A stretch of DNA of 64,000 nucleotides from Camelus dromedarius (Eukaryota), in the NCBI RefSeq assembly GCF_036321535.1, contig NC_087447.1, forward strand, positions 51,338,001 to 51,402,000, given 5' to 3'. The notes below the pieces were generated by a model. It worked only from the letters and a program-made list of their open reading frames with translations. It was not told where the DNA came from and did not search any database. The position numbers and the translations under genes are program-made. Of this stretch, positions 12,347 through 24,398 are shown one piece after another. Numbering within the stretch: the stretch's first letter is position 1; every line of letters starts with the position of its first letter.

Positions 12347-13414
12347 ATCATGCCAGTATAATACAGTGGTTAAGAACACAGGCTTGGAGTTGAATGGTAC
12401 CCTTAGGAGAGATAATTTAGGCCTCAGTTTCCTCATCTTTAAAATGGAGAATAATACTACCCATTTCTTCAAACTATTATGAAGAATAATGTATTCCAAG
12501 TTCTTAGCATAGTACCTGGCACAAATATTCTGGTCACTGGAAAGGCCTAGCTTCCACTATAAATTAGTTAATTGACATTCTAGCTTTTACAGGAGTCTTA
12601 CATGATTTTAACTAGTGTCATTCTATCGAGAGAATTTGATTCCCTTTAAGAGTATTGAGAAACATTAGCACATAGAATTGCCAGATTTGAGATTCACTCT
12701 TTGACTATGGTAATTTCATCAAGTTCACACTGTCCTCTAAGACTCTTGGCAACCAGACAGCTGGATATCCCTGTTGGTACCTCTTCTTTAACATGTTATT
12801 ATGTCTTCTCCACTCCAGATATCAGTAAATAGTAATTTATGTTTCAAAGCAACTTTCTATTATTCTGTGCCTGATTGATGATTCTTACTTTTTAAATCAT
12901 TCATATTTAATTACACAATGCGTAAATGTGGTTTGTTTTTTAAATTGAAACACTACCAGTAAAACTAAAAGTACCTTTCGACTGCCATCCTCCATGCCTG
13001 TCCCCTCTCCTTCCCTGCCTTCTCTTCCCACCAGGGTAGTCCTCTCTGTGTGCATGTGTGTGTCCTTGCAAACTCTTTTTATGTGCATTTATTATACATA
13101 TAGATAGGCCCATATAGAAGCTACTATTTTATATGTGTTCATGTTAGCATGAAAGGTATTATACCATTCTTTCTGCAGTTTGCTTTTTTTAGTGGTGGTG
13201 GTTCAGTGATATATTTTGGAGATCTACCTGTGTTTTAGCAGAGATTTCTCATTATTCTAATACTGAACAGTATTCCAAATTAATAATAAACTTTTTTCTT
13301 TATGAGTAGATATTTCTTATGAGTAGACATTTAAGTTCTTCCCAGTTCACTGTTACTATAGATAAACAACCTGTGTGTGTCTACTAGTATACAAGTACCA
13401 GTAGTTCTTCAGGA

Positions 13415-13600
13415 CAGTAGTTTTCAACAGGGGACAGTTTTGCCCCCCAGGGGATGTTTGACAATGTCTGGAGACTTTTTTGGTTGTTATATGGGGGGAG
13501 ATGGTTGTGAACTGGCAACTAGTAGGTAAAGGCTAGAGATGCTGCTGAAAACAACACCCAACAAAGAATTACCCAGTCTAAAACATCAAAGCCAATGCCC
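13415..13600. mobile_element. MER20-like DNA transposon remnant
   Basis: cagtagttttcaacagggg...ttttgccccccaggggatgtttgacaatgtctggagac. Confidence 0.7.
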
Positions 13601-15646
13601 CATGTTTTGGGCCTTTGTTGACACAGAACTCGTTCCTGATACAGATTTCTGTATCAGTTAACTCTTACTTGAAATAACAATAATTTATCATTTTTCATGA
13701 TCCTGTGGGTTAGATAGGAAACTCCTCTGAGATTATATAGCTGGACAGTTGGTAGGTCTGGAAGAGCGAAGGTAACCTCACTCATGTGTCCAGCAGTTGG
13801 TACCAACAGCCATCTAAGATGCCTCTCATCCTCCAGCAGCCTAGACCAGCCCACTTACATAGTCAGGACATTGTTTCAAGAGAGCAAAATTGGAAGCCAG
13901 TGATGGCTTTATTAAGTCCTGAACCTAGAATTCACTGTGTCACTCCTCACATTCAGAATTCACATAGCATCACTTCTGCTGCATTCTGTTTATCAATGCA
14001 AGTTGCAAAGCCAACCCATATTCAAGACAGGGGAACAGACCTTACCTCTTGGTAGGAAGACAGCTTCCATCAAATCGCACGGAGCAGAATTGGTGATGGG
14101 AGGATTAGAAGGTAAAGAGGGTGAAGTAGTTGAGTTCTAGAATGGTGTAAAACTGACTTAGCGTTCTTAGGCCTAATGGAAATACCAAAGACCTAATGAG
14201 AATACTGAAGCAAATTAATTATGAGTGTAATGGCTTAGTCTATTTTTATTCATAAATGTCTAAAAAAAACCTCACAGGTCACTTATTATCAGTGTGTATT
14301 AAATTATATTTTACTGTAAAGATCTGTATGAGTCCTACCTCTTGTCCATGGTATCTAGTATCTCAATATCTAGAACTCAATAATTTTTTTGTGGAATTGA
14401 GCTGAAATGACCACATGCCAACCAAACAATTTTGTTGGCTCTTGGCAGTTGCAAGTTTAACATGCCAGGATTTGACTCGTCACGAGTGGTTCTAAAGGTC
14501 CATGATGTGATGTCATTTCTAAGTGCTAAGGCATGAATATGAATCATGCTGAGAGGCTGGTATGCCAGAAAAGACTCTTAGCCATAGAGTGAACTCAGCT
14601 CATGGCTCAGCATCTTCATCTCAACACAGATCCAGTGTCTGCAGTTTATCATGTGTGAAATGTCATTAGTGAAGTCTTATGAAAGGGTCACTTAATTTCC
14701 AGTTTTACTTCACTGCATTTTATGAAGACAATTTACATGCTGTAGTGGCATATGTCCATATAAAATTGTGAAGATCTCCAGATCTATCTCTGTGGCTAAG
14801 TCAGAGGCAGATGTGTGTGCCCAAGCTTCCATATGTAAGAACCACCAGAAACGCCTCTCTCAGGAGTACTCTCAGGGTGTGTTCTCAAAAGCTGAGCCAC
14901 GGCTCTGGTGAGTACCACTGGATAGGCAGTCCAGCCTCCTTTGCCTTTCCTTACTTGCTGTGTAGCCACAACTGTAAATTCCTGGGCCCCATCTCAGAGA
15001 TATCCTGGGTGCACGGCTGGACCATAAATCCCACGTAGTAAGTCAACTAATCAGAATTTGTGCTTATCTATCTTGACTACTGAGTCACGTCTTTTATTAT
15101 TATATTAAAACAATTTATAACCACTCTATTGAGATAAAATTCACATACCATTCACAGTCACTTCTTCAGGGCTCTGTTGACAAGTAAAAATGGAGTCCAC
15201 GATCATGCTTTGGTCCATTTTACTTTTTGTTTTCAACACAAAAGGTTGCTTCTGCCCAAGAGGATCCTAGGGTATTGTGTCCATTTTAATTGTATTTTCA
15301 TTTTATTTTTATTATTATTCATTCATTTAAATTGATGAATGTTAAGAAAGGCAGCCAAATCTCCGTATAAAACTGTAGGATCAGGTTAACTTTCAATGTG
15401 CATTTTAGAATATACTATAGGAAAAGCATTGTATTAAAACTCTTAATGTCCTTTGTCCTTCCCACCCCTTATTTCTACACCTGGCATATTATAATCTATA
15501 ATCTATTTTTATACTCTTTAATATGCCAGGTGATTCTGCAAAGAAAGGTTATGGAATAAGGATACTTAAATATCTAAAACAAAATAGTCACATTTAGTAT
15601 TTCCAGTTATAAGAAAATGTTAAGATATACGGTTTGGTATCATTCT

Positions 15647-15793
15647 TTTTTAAATATTTTATTTATTTATTGTATTATTTTATTATTTTTGGGGGGGATT
15701 GCTTATTCCTTTTTAATGGAGGTACTAGGGATTGAACCCAGGACCTCCTGCATGCTAAGAATGTGTTCTACCACTTGAGCTATACCCTCCCGC
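15647..15793 (-). mobile_element. Vic-1-like SINE next to the AQP11 exon 2 acceptor
   Basis: tRNA-like head; TSD tggtatcattct at 15635-15646 and 15794-15805. Confidence 0.92.
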
Positions 15794-15823
15794 TGGTATC
15801 ATTCTGCTTAAAATATATTACAG

Positions 15824-15940
15824 GAGGAAGTCTAACAGGAGCTGTATTTAATCCAGCTTTGGCACTTTCACTACATTTCAAGTGCTTTGATGAAGACTTC
15901 CTTCAATTTTTTATTGTATATTGGCTGGCTCCTTCTTTAG
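15824..15940 (+). CDS. AQP11: Aquaporin-11 coding exon 2
   Basis: Acceptor ttacag| and donor |gtaagc; 117 nt. Encodes GGSLTGAVFNPALALSLHFKCFDEDFLQFFIVYWLAPSLG with the second NPA motif and Cys227. Confidence 0.97.
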
Positions 15941-18900
15941 GTAAGCATATTTTTATTTAATATGATTTAAAGATTAGAATATTTTAAAATATAATGTGGT
16001 ATGTCACTGTAACATATCAATTTCCAAAGTCAGAGTACGAACAAAAAAGAAAATGAAAAAGCTGTGAAATGTTAATGCCTGAAATAACATTTTACTTTGT
16101 GCAGTATCCTTTAAAACTGCTTTTATCCTCAAAGAAACAAGATTACCTAGTTAAGGATAGTCAGTTTGAGGTATGATATCATTTTAACAAGCCCTCAGAT
16201 ACAAGGGCAAAAAAGTGAAGAGTGATTACTTCCATTAAAAAATAATCTTTTTTTTTGCTAAAGGAATTTGATTTTACAAGTTTGTGTGTTCCAGATAAAA
16301 TACTATTTAGTTCATTTGACTCATTTTGCAGAAAGGCATCTCATGAAACAATGTAGAACTGTAATAATGTAGTTTTAAATTTTTCCATAAATTGCATTCC
16401 TGTTATTTCTATCTGGGTCAGCTACATAAAACTCCTCTTTTCATATAGGTCAAACACCACAAAAGTATAAAATAACTATAGTCATGATATTCATTTCTTT
16501 ATATAAGTTATCAGGGTTTGTTTAGTCATATGTCAAGCCTGAATATAATTCATAAGTATAAATGGATGAGGATGGCTGGCCTTCTATTAGTGCATCCTTT
16601 TTATCCAGTTAGCCATTTTGTTTCTTAATGCTCATTTCTGTCAAAAAAAAAGGGGGGGGAGGGCGGGGGCAGAACATACAGAAGGGAATATTGGCATAAC
16701 AGGTTTCAATAGCCATCACACTTTACTCCTCCCATTTCATCCTGTATCTCACATTTAGTGTCTGTTATGCTCAGTAATATCTATAGGCCTAAACATGAAG
16801 ATTATCAGAGAAAACCTGTATTTTTAAAATGCTAATAATGGAAGCTTTTTTTCAGTTCTATAGATTACTAGTGTTTTCCAATAACTTTAAAGATAAATTT
16901 TCTCTATTCTTGATTTTTAAGAAGTTAAAAAGATCGCTGAAGTCCGTGAAGAAGTTAAAAAGGTCACTAATTAGACAGGTCTACTGAGAATTTTTACATA
17001 GACACTTCTCTTAATATGTCTTATTTGAAGTGAACACATATTATTAACATTACACATTTTTTAATGTGCTCCAACTATAATTTTAAAAGTAGGCCCATGA
17101 TACTAAGGAATTATGTCATTCATTACTTGAAAGAACACTAAAACGTAAGCCTTTCCAAAATAATTTTAAAAGAAAAAAAATCAGAAGTAATTGACATTCT
17201 CTGTAAAAGGACCATGATTTTTTTTAAAAACACTCGATAACTTTTTCCTAGAAGAACATATTGGAAAAAAGTCTCATAACAGATAAAGAAGGAACAATCA
17301 TTTCTGCCCCTTTAGGAAATGTTAGTGCAGTGCAAACAGGATGGCAACAGTACTTGTTGCCATTACCAAAACATTTAAAATAACCACTTACTCAAAAAAC
17401 AATCCAACACCCCAACAACAAAAAAAAATATACTTTTATTTCTTTGCTTCCTATTCAAGGGATCTTTTAAAAATGGAACTGGGATCAAATTTTTTTGTGA
17501 TTATGTGTGGCTCTAGTTAGCTTGTTGAAAATACGCATGCAAAAATTCTTTCTCTGTTGGTTTAAGAATCTCCTAGTTTTTTCTAAATAGACCCAAAGAA
17601 AATTTCTCTTGTAGGTTTTCATTTAAAGAGGCATGTCCCTATACTTCTTTAAGAGGTTTATGAATGAGAAGCAATACAGGAATGTTTCAACAGATGTGGA
17701 TAGAAGACGTGACTAAATGGCAGCTTTTAGAATACCGAATTCCAGCTTGCCATTGACTTTTGTCGTAAATTTAAATTACATTCCATTGGGGAAAAATGGC
17801 CTGAAATGAAATAAGGTCACTATTAAACCCTAAGAAGGATGGGGAAAATGAATTATATTTTAACAAGAGTCATTCAGAGAGCTAAGGGATGAGGAGTCAA
17901 AGCAAAGAAATGTAAAGTAACGTCACAGAGTGAGACCAAGGAGAGTAATCCCAAGATACCCATCTTCCCTCTCTTCTTGACCAAGCAGGGAACAAACTAT
18001 TTTTAGAAGCCATGCAGAGATAATTATAAATCCTCTAAGGGCCCCTGCCATCTCCCCCAAATTAATAAATGTTAGAAATGTGACTGTAAGAATGTATATA
18101 GAATTCTTTGCTTATACATTTCATACAAGGAAAATTAGCAAATTCTATTTGCTTCTATGAAACGGTAACTCTAGTTTTTAGAAAAAGTTTTAAACGTAAT
18201 GTCTTAGTTTCTAGTTCTGACTTTATAAAGGTCAAATTTTGTGGATTGCTTAACATAGATTGTTTCTGACTTTTCTTTCATCTAAAGCCTTTGGTTACAA
18301 AACGACTCATCTTTCAAAAATATGTTAAGCTATCCAAAAGCTCATCAAACCTTATGGTTTCTTCTTGTTAGCCAACAGCAGTAAACTATCAAATGTGCAT
18401 GTGACAAAAACTCATTCCTAATCTGAGTTTAAACTGATTCAGAGCCTTAGCCTACATACTTTAAGATAATAACTACTGCAGACTTCCCCTTTAAGACAGT
18501 GGTTTGAGCCATGTGGTTAAGTCTTCTCTGTCCCTATGTCCCACTGAAAAAATTAACCAGTAGCTACATGATAGATTTGTCTGGTGTGACCTCAAAAATG
18601 ATTTACCAATATGTGATTTTTCAAACATATTTATTTTAACATTTAAAAATTCAACTGAAATTTTAGATATTTTGCTTACTACAGTTCTCAGAGCTACTAA
18701 TGGTTGAGATTGCTGGAAAAAATTAGAAAGGAGAAAGTAATCTAACATATTTTTATTTGAGCATTCCAAGTAAAAACTCAAGAGTGCTTTCAGTTGCTTT
18801 ATTCTCCTGGTACATCCCTGGGGCATGGAGGGATACGGCTGCCATTTTAGAAATGAGCAAGTGGAGACCCAAGGCCAGTTTCTCACCCAGCAAGTCACTA

Positions 18901-19209
18901 AATGGAGCCAGAACTAGAATTCTAGATCTTTCTATTTTACTTATCCTTTGAGTTCATTGTTTAGATTCAACCGGTTTTCCACATATATACTGCTTTTAAG
19001 GATTCATGGTTAAAGAAAAATAATGTGAGAATATTAGATTTTAAAATGTCTTCATGCTTCGTGTAGAACTGATGTAGCGAATTCTTTTAAACATAGCTCT
19101 ACAAATCTCTAGGTATATAGTTGTATATAACCCAAATTATAACCACCAAGTGGTTATTAACTTCCTTAGAGATTGTTTTGTTCTTATTTTACTGTATTTT
19201 GTCTTTCAG

Positions 19210-19289
19210 GTATATTGTTGATGATTTTGATGTTCAGCTTTTTCCTTCCATGGCTGCATAACAACTATACAATTAATAAAAAGGAGTAA
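19210..19289 (+). CDS. AQP11: Aquaporin-11 coding exon 3 (terminal)
   Basis: Acceptor tttgtctttcag|; encodes (G)ILLMILMFSFFLPWLHNNYTINKKE*. 619+117+80=816 nt, i.e. 271 aa plus stop, ending in the NKKE di-lysine-like motif. Confidence 0.96.
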
Positions 19290-19945
19290 TTACTCTAGAA
19301 GACTCAGACTAAGTTACAGGACAGTCAAGCTGGATGTGATTAAGATTTCATTACCTCATATTTCAGCATACCGGCTGCACTGGATTCGTCAATGTTATCT
19401 TCCTTTGAGGAAGCTGCCTTAGAGTTTCCAGTGCTGGGACTTCAAAAAAAATTTACTGTGAAAACGAGGAATCCTGTGTTTCTGAGTTAAGACTTGTTCT
19501 TTTAAGTGTGTATTAAATGCTGCTAGAAAAGACTTACTACACTAAATATAAATCTCAAGTGATAATTGTTAATTTTGATGACAAAGAAACTGAATACAGG
19601 GTCAGAAAGAAAGGGAAGGTAATAGTAGGACCAAGAAAGAGTGTGTTATCAAGTGTTAACATCAATGAACAAGATTTTTCACCAGAGTACAACCAGTCAT
19701 GCTTGCAGAACTGGGGACAGGATACTTTTCAGCCACTACCTCACACACTGATATCATCAGCAGCAGCATCTTTCAATAGGAAAGTTGCTTTTAGAAGTAG
19801 ATTGTATATCTACTCATACTCAAGGGGTTTCCTAAATTTTAAATATATTCTAATCTATTTTCTCTAAATAGACAATCTCACTAGCTTTAGGCAAGTTGTC
19901 ATTATTTAATAGAATGTAATAAAACAAAGCACCCATACAAAGTCG
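19290..19945 (+). other. AQP11: AQP11 3'UTR with candidate poly(A) signals (ATTAAA 19512-19517, AATAAA 19918-19923)
   Basis: Hexamers downstream of the stop. Which one is used cannot be determined from sequence. Confidence 0.55.
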
Positions 19946-20953
19946 AAGTGGAAGCCTTTCACATTCTCATTTTACCGTATCAGCTACCTCATGAAGTAGG
20001 TAGGGTATGTATTTTTAATTTCCATTTTACAGATAAGGAAACTAAGGTGTACCTCCCTGCCCAAGGTCAGATACAGCCAAACACCATCTTTAGAATTCTA
20101 CTTCAGTACAAAAAATGTTCTCAGTCATCATTAAGACTAAAGGAAAACTGAAGATTTTGAAGAAACACTAAATACTTTATGTTAAAGTCTGTTTAGGAAT
20201 TAACTAGCTTTTTTTTTTTTTCAGGCTTAAAGAACCTTCAGTTTTTTGTTTTCATTTTTTTAATTGTACAAGGTCTACTTTTCATTAAAAGTTCAGGTCA
20301 TAAAAAGTTAAGTTTATTTCTTTTCAATTCTAATTAAATAGAAAAATTGAATTGAAAAAAAAATGGGACAAGATAAGATCTGAGTAATAACTAAGCAACA
20401 GATACACTGCCAGGTAATTTAAGTTCTGCCTGGTGATCAGCTTGTGGCTAGTCACTCTCTTTACACCTACAGGCTGAGCTAGACTGCTGCAGGCTACCCA
20501 GCAAGGCAGCCAGTTTGATGGTCATGACAACTCATGCACTTACAAATACATACCTGTGGTAGTTCCTATTTTTAAAAGCAAAGTTCATAAAATTGCAACA
20601 ATGGCTAAATGCAGTCTCTGACATGTTTTGTTTGGCCTGCACAGTAATTTTTTTTAAGATAACAAGCTAGTATTGTTAAGTCTTTTTCACACAAAAATCC
20701 AGTTTCAGCCTTTCTCAGAAAAAAAAAAAAAAAATCTAAAGATCTGTCAATACTAGGCCTGAATTCTGCCATGACAACCACACAAAATGATTAGTCCCCT
20801 TAAGTGGTCTCTTTGCCACTCCCTATGTCTTCCAGACATGAAGCTGAGTTTCCCTTACTGTTTCACTTCATGGCTGTTTTTCTTACAGGTTTTTTTTTTT
20901 TTTAATTCATGTCTCTGTTATCATGAGACTGTGGTTTAAGAACAAGGAGCAGT

Positions 20954-21113
20954 TGCAGGGAGGGTATAGCATAGTGGTAGAGCGCATGCTTAGCATGCAT
21001 GAGGTCCTGAGGTTCAATCCCCAGCACCTCCTCTAAAAATAAGTAAACCGAATTACCTCTCCCACAAATAAAATGATTAAATAATACAATAATAAATAAA
21101 ATATTAGGGAAAA
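20954..21113 (+). mobile_element. Vic-1-like SINE
   Basis: gggagggtatagc...gcatgcttagcatgcatgaggtcctg head; TSD aagaacaa(g/t)gagcagt at 20938-20953 and 21114-21129. Confidence 0.9.
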
Positions 21114-21129
21114 AAGAACAATGAGCAGT

Positions 21130-22700
21130 GATTTGTGTAAATACTCAGCCCTCAAACTTCACTTGTCAGAATTAGAAGTTGTGACTTCCGATGACGCTGC
21201 TTTCCCCGCAGCCCTCTCAAGTGGTAGCTTAGTCTCTACCTCATCTCTTGACACCACTGGGCCTGGAGGTAGAATAGGTTCTTTTCCTCATCTGTTCTCC
21301 ACTCCCTCCATTAAAAACGTCATCAGACCATGCCTGGGCACTTCTTACTGCAGTTATCCACCGTGCAGTCCCCTCAATTCCCTCCTGATCCTTTAGGAAC
21401 TTCATTCCTGTCTCAATCTCACTCTCTACAATACTATACCAGTTATATTTGTTAGTGATTTCAAAACTTAGAGATGATCCTTCCAGTGTCCTGGTCTCCC
21501 AGTTCATTGGCTAAACTTGAAAGGCTCTTCAATAACTTTCCTTCTCTTCTGCCTCAGCTACAACTTGGGACATAACCTTGAGCTTGTCATTACCAGTAAC
21601 TCAAACTCTTCTCTAATCTCAAACACCCATTCCCCAACCACTAACTCCTCTCTCTAGCTCACTCACTCAGTATCCCATCTCCAATGATCATTTGAACCGC
21701 CAGAGGGAACTTCTGTCCATTGATACCAACATCTTTTCACATCCGTCTCCCCTTTCACTTACTCTTTTCTCGTTAAGCAGCTTAAATTACACTCTTACAA
21801 CTCCCTTGTTCCTCTATCTCATCACACTCACATGGCTTAACCACAATTTGAGTAAATCCAAATGTCTACTTATTCCATGCCTGCACCCAAACGTGAAACA
21901 GAAGAAAAATTGGAGACAGCAGGACAGTTCTTTCAAAGATGTTGCTGTAAACAAAGAAAATATGGGTGGTAGCTGAAGGGGGAAATTGGGTTAAGAAAGA
22001 TTTTTTGTTTAAGGTGGGAAAGATACTGGCATGTTTATATGCTGAAAGGTACGATGTAGTAGAGAAAATGATGTAGGAGAGGAAGAGATTTCCCAGGTCT
22101 GTATATTTTTAATAGGTTATTGAAGATAGAATTAAGTGCACAACTGAAGAGATTGGCCTTAGCTAGAAGCACAGACAGAGCATTCACAGTAACAGGAGAA
22201 AAGGTAAGAATACATGTGCACAAGAAGAGTTAGGTAAGCAGATGTGATGTTGGGAGACTAAAGACGTTTTCAATTTTCCTCTTCCCATTTTTCTCTTGAA
22301 GTATTCTAGTCAGGCCTCAACTCCACCATTCCACTGAAATTCTTGCCAAAGCATCAGTGACTTTCATGTTGTCAAATCAAGTTCTCATACTTCTTACCTA
22401 TTAACAGCATTTGATATAATTTATTGCTTCCTCCTCCTGAATCACTTCACTTCCAGAAAATCATTGCCTTCTTATTAGTTCTTTCTCCTTTCCACAAATT
22501 AAATGATAGCTTCCCAGGGGTCAGTACTCTGAGCTTCCTATTTCTTACTCTCTTGGCAATTTTATCCATTCTTGTGGCTTTATAGCGACTATAACCTAGT
22601 AACTGCCAAATTTATACCTCCACCTTGTACAACTGTCCTGAACTCCAGACTCATATCCATCTGTATATTTAACATCTATATTTGATTGTTTAATACAGAA
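21130..22700. mobile_element. L2 fragments in mixed orientation
   Basis: gtgactttcatgttgtcaaatc; ctgaactccagactcatatccatctg; pyrimidine-rich ORF2 remnants. Confidence 0.55.
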
Positions 22701-23391
22701 CTCTAGTTGATATATGCAGCCCTAGTTAATTCAAATCGCATGGTTTATCCATTCTATTCATGGCATTTGTAGTTATTCACTATTAAATCAATGCTCTGAT
22801 AAAATTCTTGTGCATGTCTTCTTGTATGCATGTGTTTTTCTAGGGAGTAGGTGTTCATACTTCTCATTATGGCCTAACAGCATAAAATAAATATTTGTGG
22901 GTCCTGATGGGAAACGTACTTATTGTGGGTATAATGGAATGTATGAAAGCTACTGTGACAGAGAAACACATGCATGCACATAAGACATGCATAAGAACAT
23001 CTGCAGCAGCATGGCTTCAATAATGAGTAGCTGGAACCTTAAATGCCCAGGAAGAGAATGGATGAACTGTGCTATAAAGCTGCCCGTATCATCTTGGGTA
23101 AAACTTTTAAAGTGCTGAGCTGAAAAGCAGCAGAAGGATTTAAGAAATAAAAGTTAAAAAATAAGAACCCAGTACTATGTTTACAGGATACATACATATG
23201 TAGCAAAAAAAAAAAAAAAAAACCCACATACACAGTTACGATAAATACCAAAATTTGGGACAGTGGTTACCTCTGAAGAGGAGGAAAGGGACTGGGATCT
23301 GGGATCTACAAAGGGAACCTCAAATGTATTTGTACAATTTTATTTCTTAGTTGCATGTGAATATATGGGTACGTGTTACATTAGTCTTTTT

Positions 23392-23746
23392 TTTAAATTG
23401 AAGTATAGCTGAGTTACAATATATTATTTTCAGGTATACAGTATTTCTGCAGATTATTCTCTATTATACGTTATTACAAGATAATGGCTATAATTCCCTG
23501 TGCTATACAGTATATCCTTGTTGCTTATCTACTTTATACATAGTAGTTTGTATCTGTTAATCTCATACCCCTAATTCGTCTCTCTCCTCTTCCCACACCA
23601 CTTTGGTAACCACACATCAATCAATCAATCTGTATTTTTTTTTCTATTTTGCGCATACATTCATTTGTATTATATCTTAGATTCCACATATAAGCGATAT
23701 ACAGTATGTGTCTTCCTCTGACTTCACTAAGCATAGTATACTCTAG
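23392..23746 (-). mobile_element. 5'-truncated, relatively young L1 3' end
   Basis: ttttaaattgaagtatagctgagttacaat...ccctgtgctatacagtat; exact 17-bp TSD gttacattagtcttttt at 23375-23391 and 23747-23763. Confidence 0.85.
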
Positions 23747-23947
23747 GTTACATTAGTCTTTTTAATATGTCAAAAATATTGCAGAACACAAATTATTTAT
23801 AAAATTAGGTAGCAGTAATCAACTTTTCCTGTACCTGCAGAGTTCTGCATTTAAACAATGAATGATAATTAGAAATTAAACTGTAAACTATAGTATACAG
23901 CCCAGATCACTATTCCTCAGGTAAAACAAAATGACCACACAGCGGAT

Positions 23948-24398
23948 GTGTTAGTTTTCTAGTTACCTCCATAACAAAGTACCATAATCTAGGTGGTTTA
24001 GAATAACAGAAATTTATTCTCTTACAGTTCTGGAGGCCAGAAGTCCAAGATCAAAGTATCAGCCAGGCCATGATCCCTCTAAAGGCACTAGGAAAGGGTA
24101 TGCTCGGGACCTCTCTCCTAGCTCTGGTAGCCTCAGGAGTTCCTCTAATTGTATATACATCATTACAGTCCTCCATCTTCACATGGCTTTCCCTCTGCCC
24201 ATGTCTGTCTCTGTGTCCAGATTCTCCCTTCTGATAAGGACACCAGTAATATTGGATTAGGGCCCATCCTGATGACTTCATCTTAACTTGATTACCTCTG
24301 TAAAGACCATATTTTCAAATAAGGTCACATTCTAAGATGCTGGGGGTCAGGACCTCAACATTATGTATTTGGTGGGGACACAATTCAACCCATTAACA
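23948..24398 (-). mobile_element. MLT1 (ERVL-MaLR) solo LTR
   Basis: tgtgttagtttt...cagttctggaggccagaagtccaagatcaa...ggggacacaattcaacccattaaca. Confidence 0.85.

Noticed and set aside
14490..14790. Faint resemblance to a mariner-type transposase N-terminus
   Set aside because: Only a few residues, no open frame or terminal repeats; not supportable by eye.
20954..21035. tRNA-Ala(AGC)-like sequences with A/B boxes (here and at the other SINE copies)
   Set aside because: Each has a shared non-tRNA tail and A-rich end, most have a clear TSD, and stems are disrupted: SINEs, not tRNA genes.
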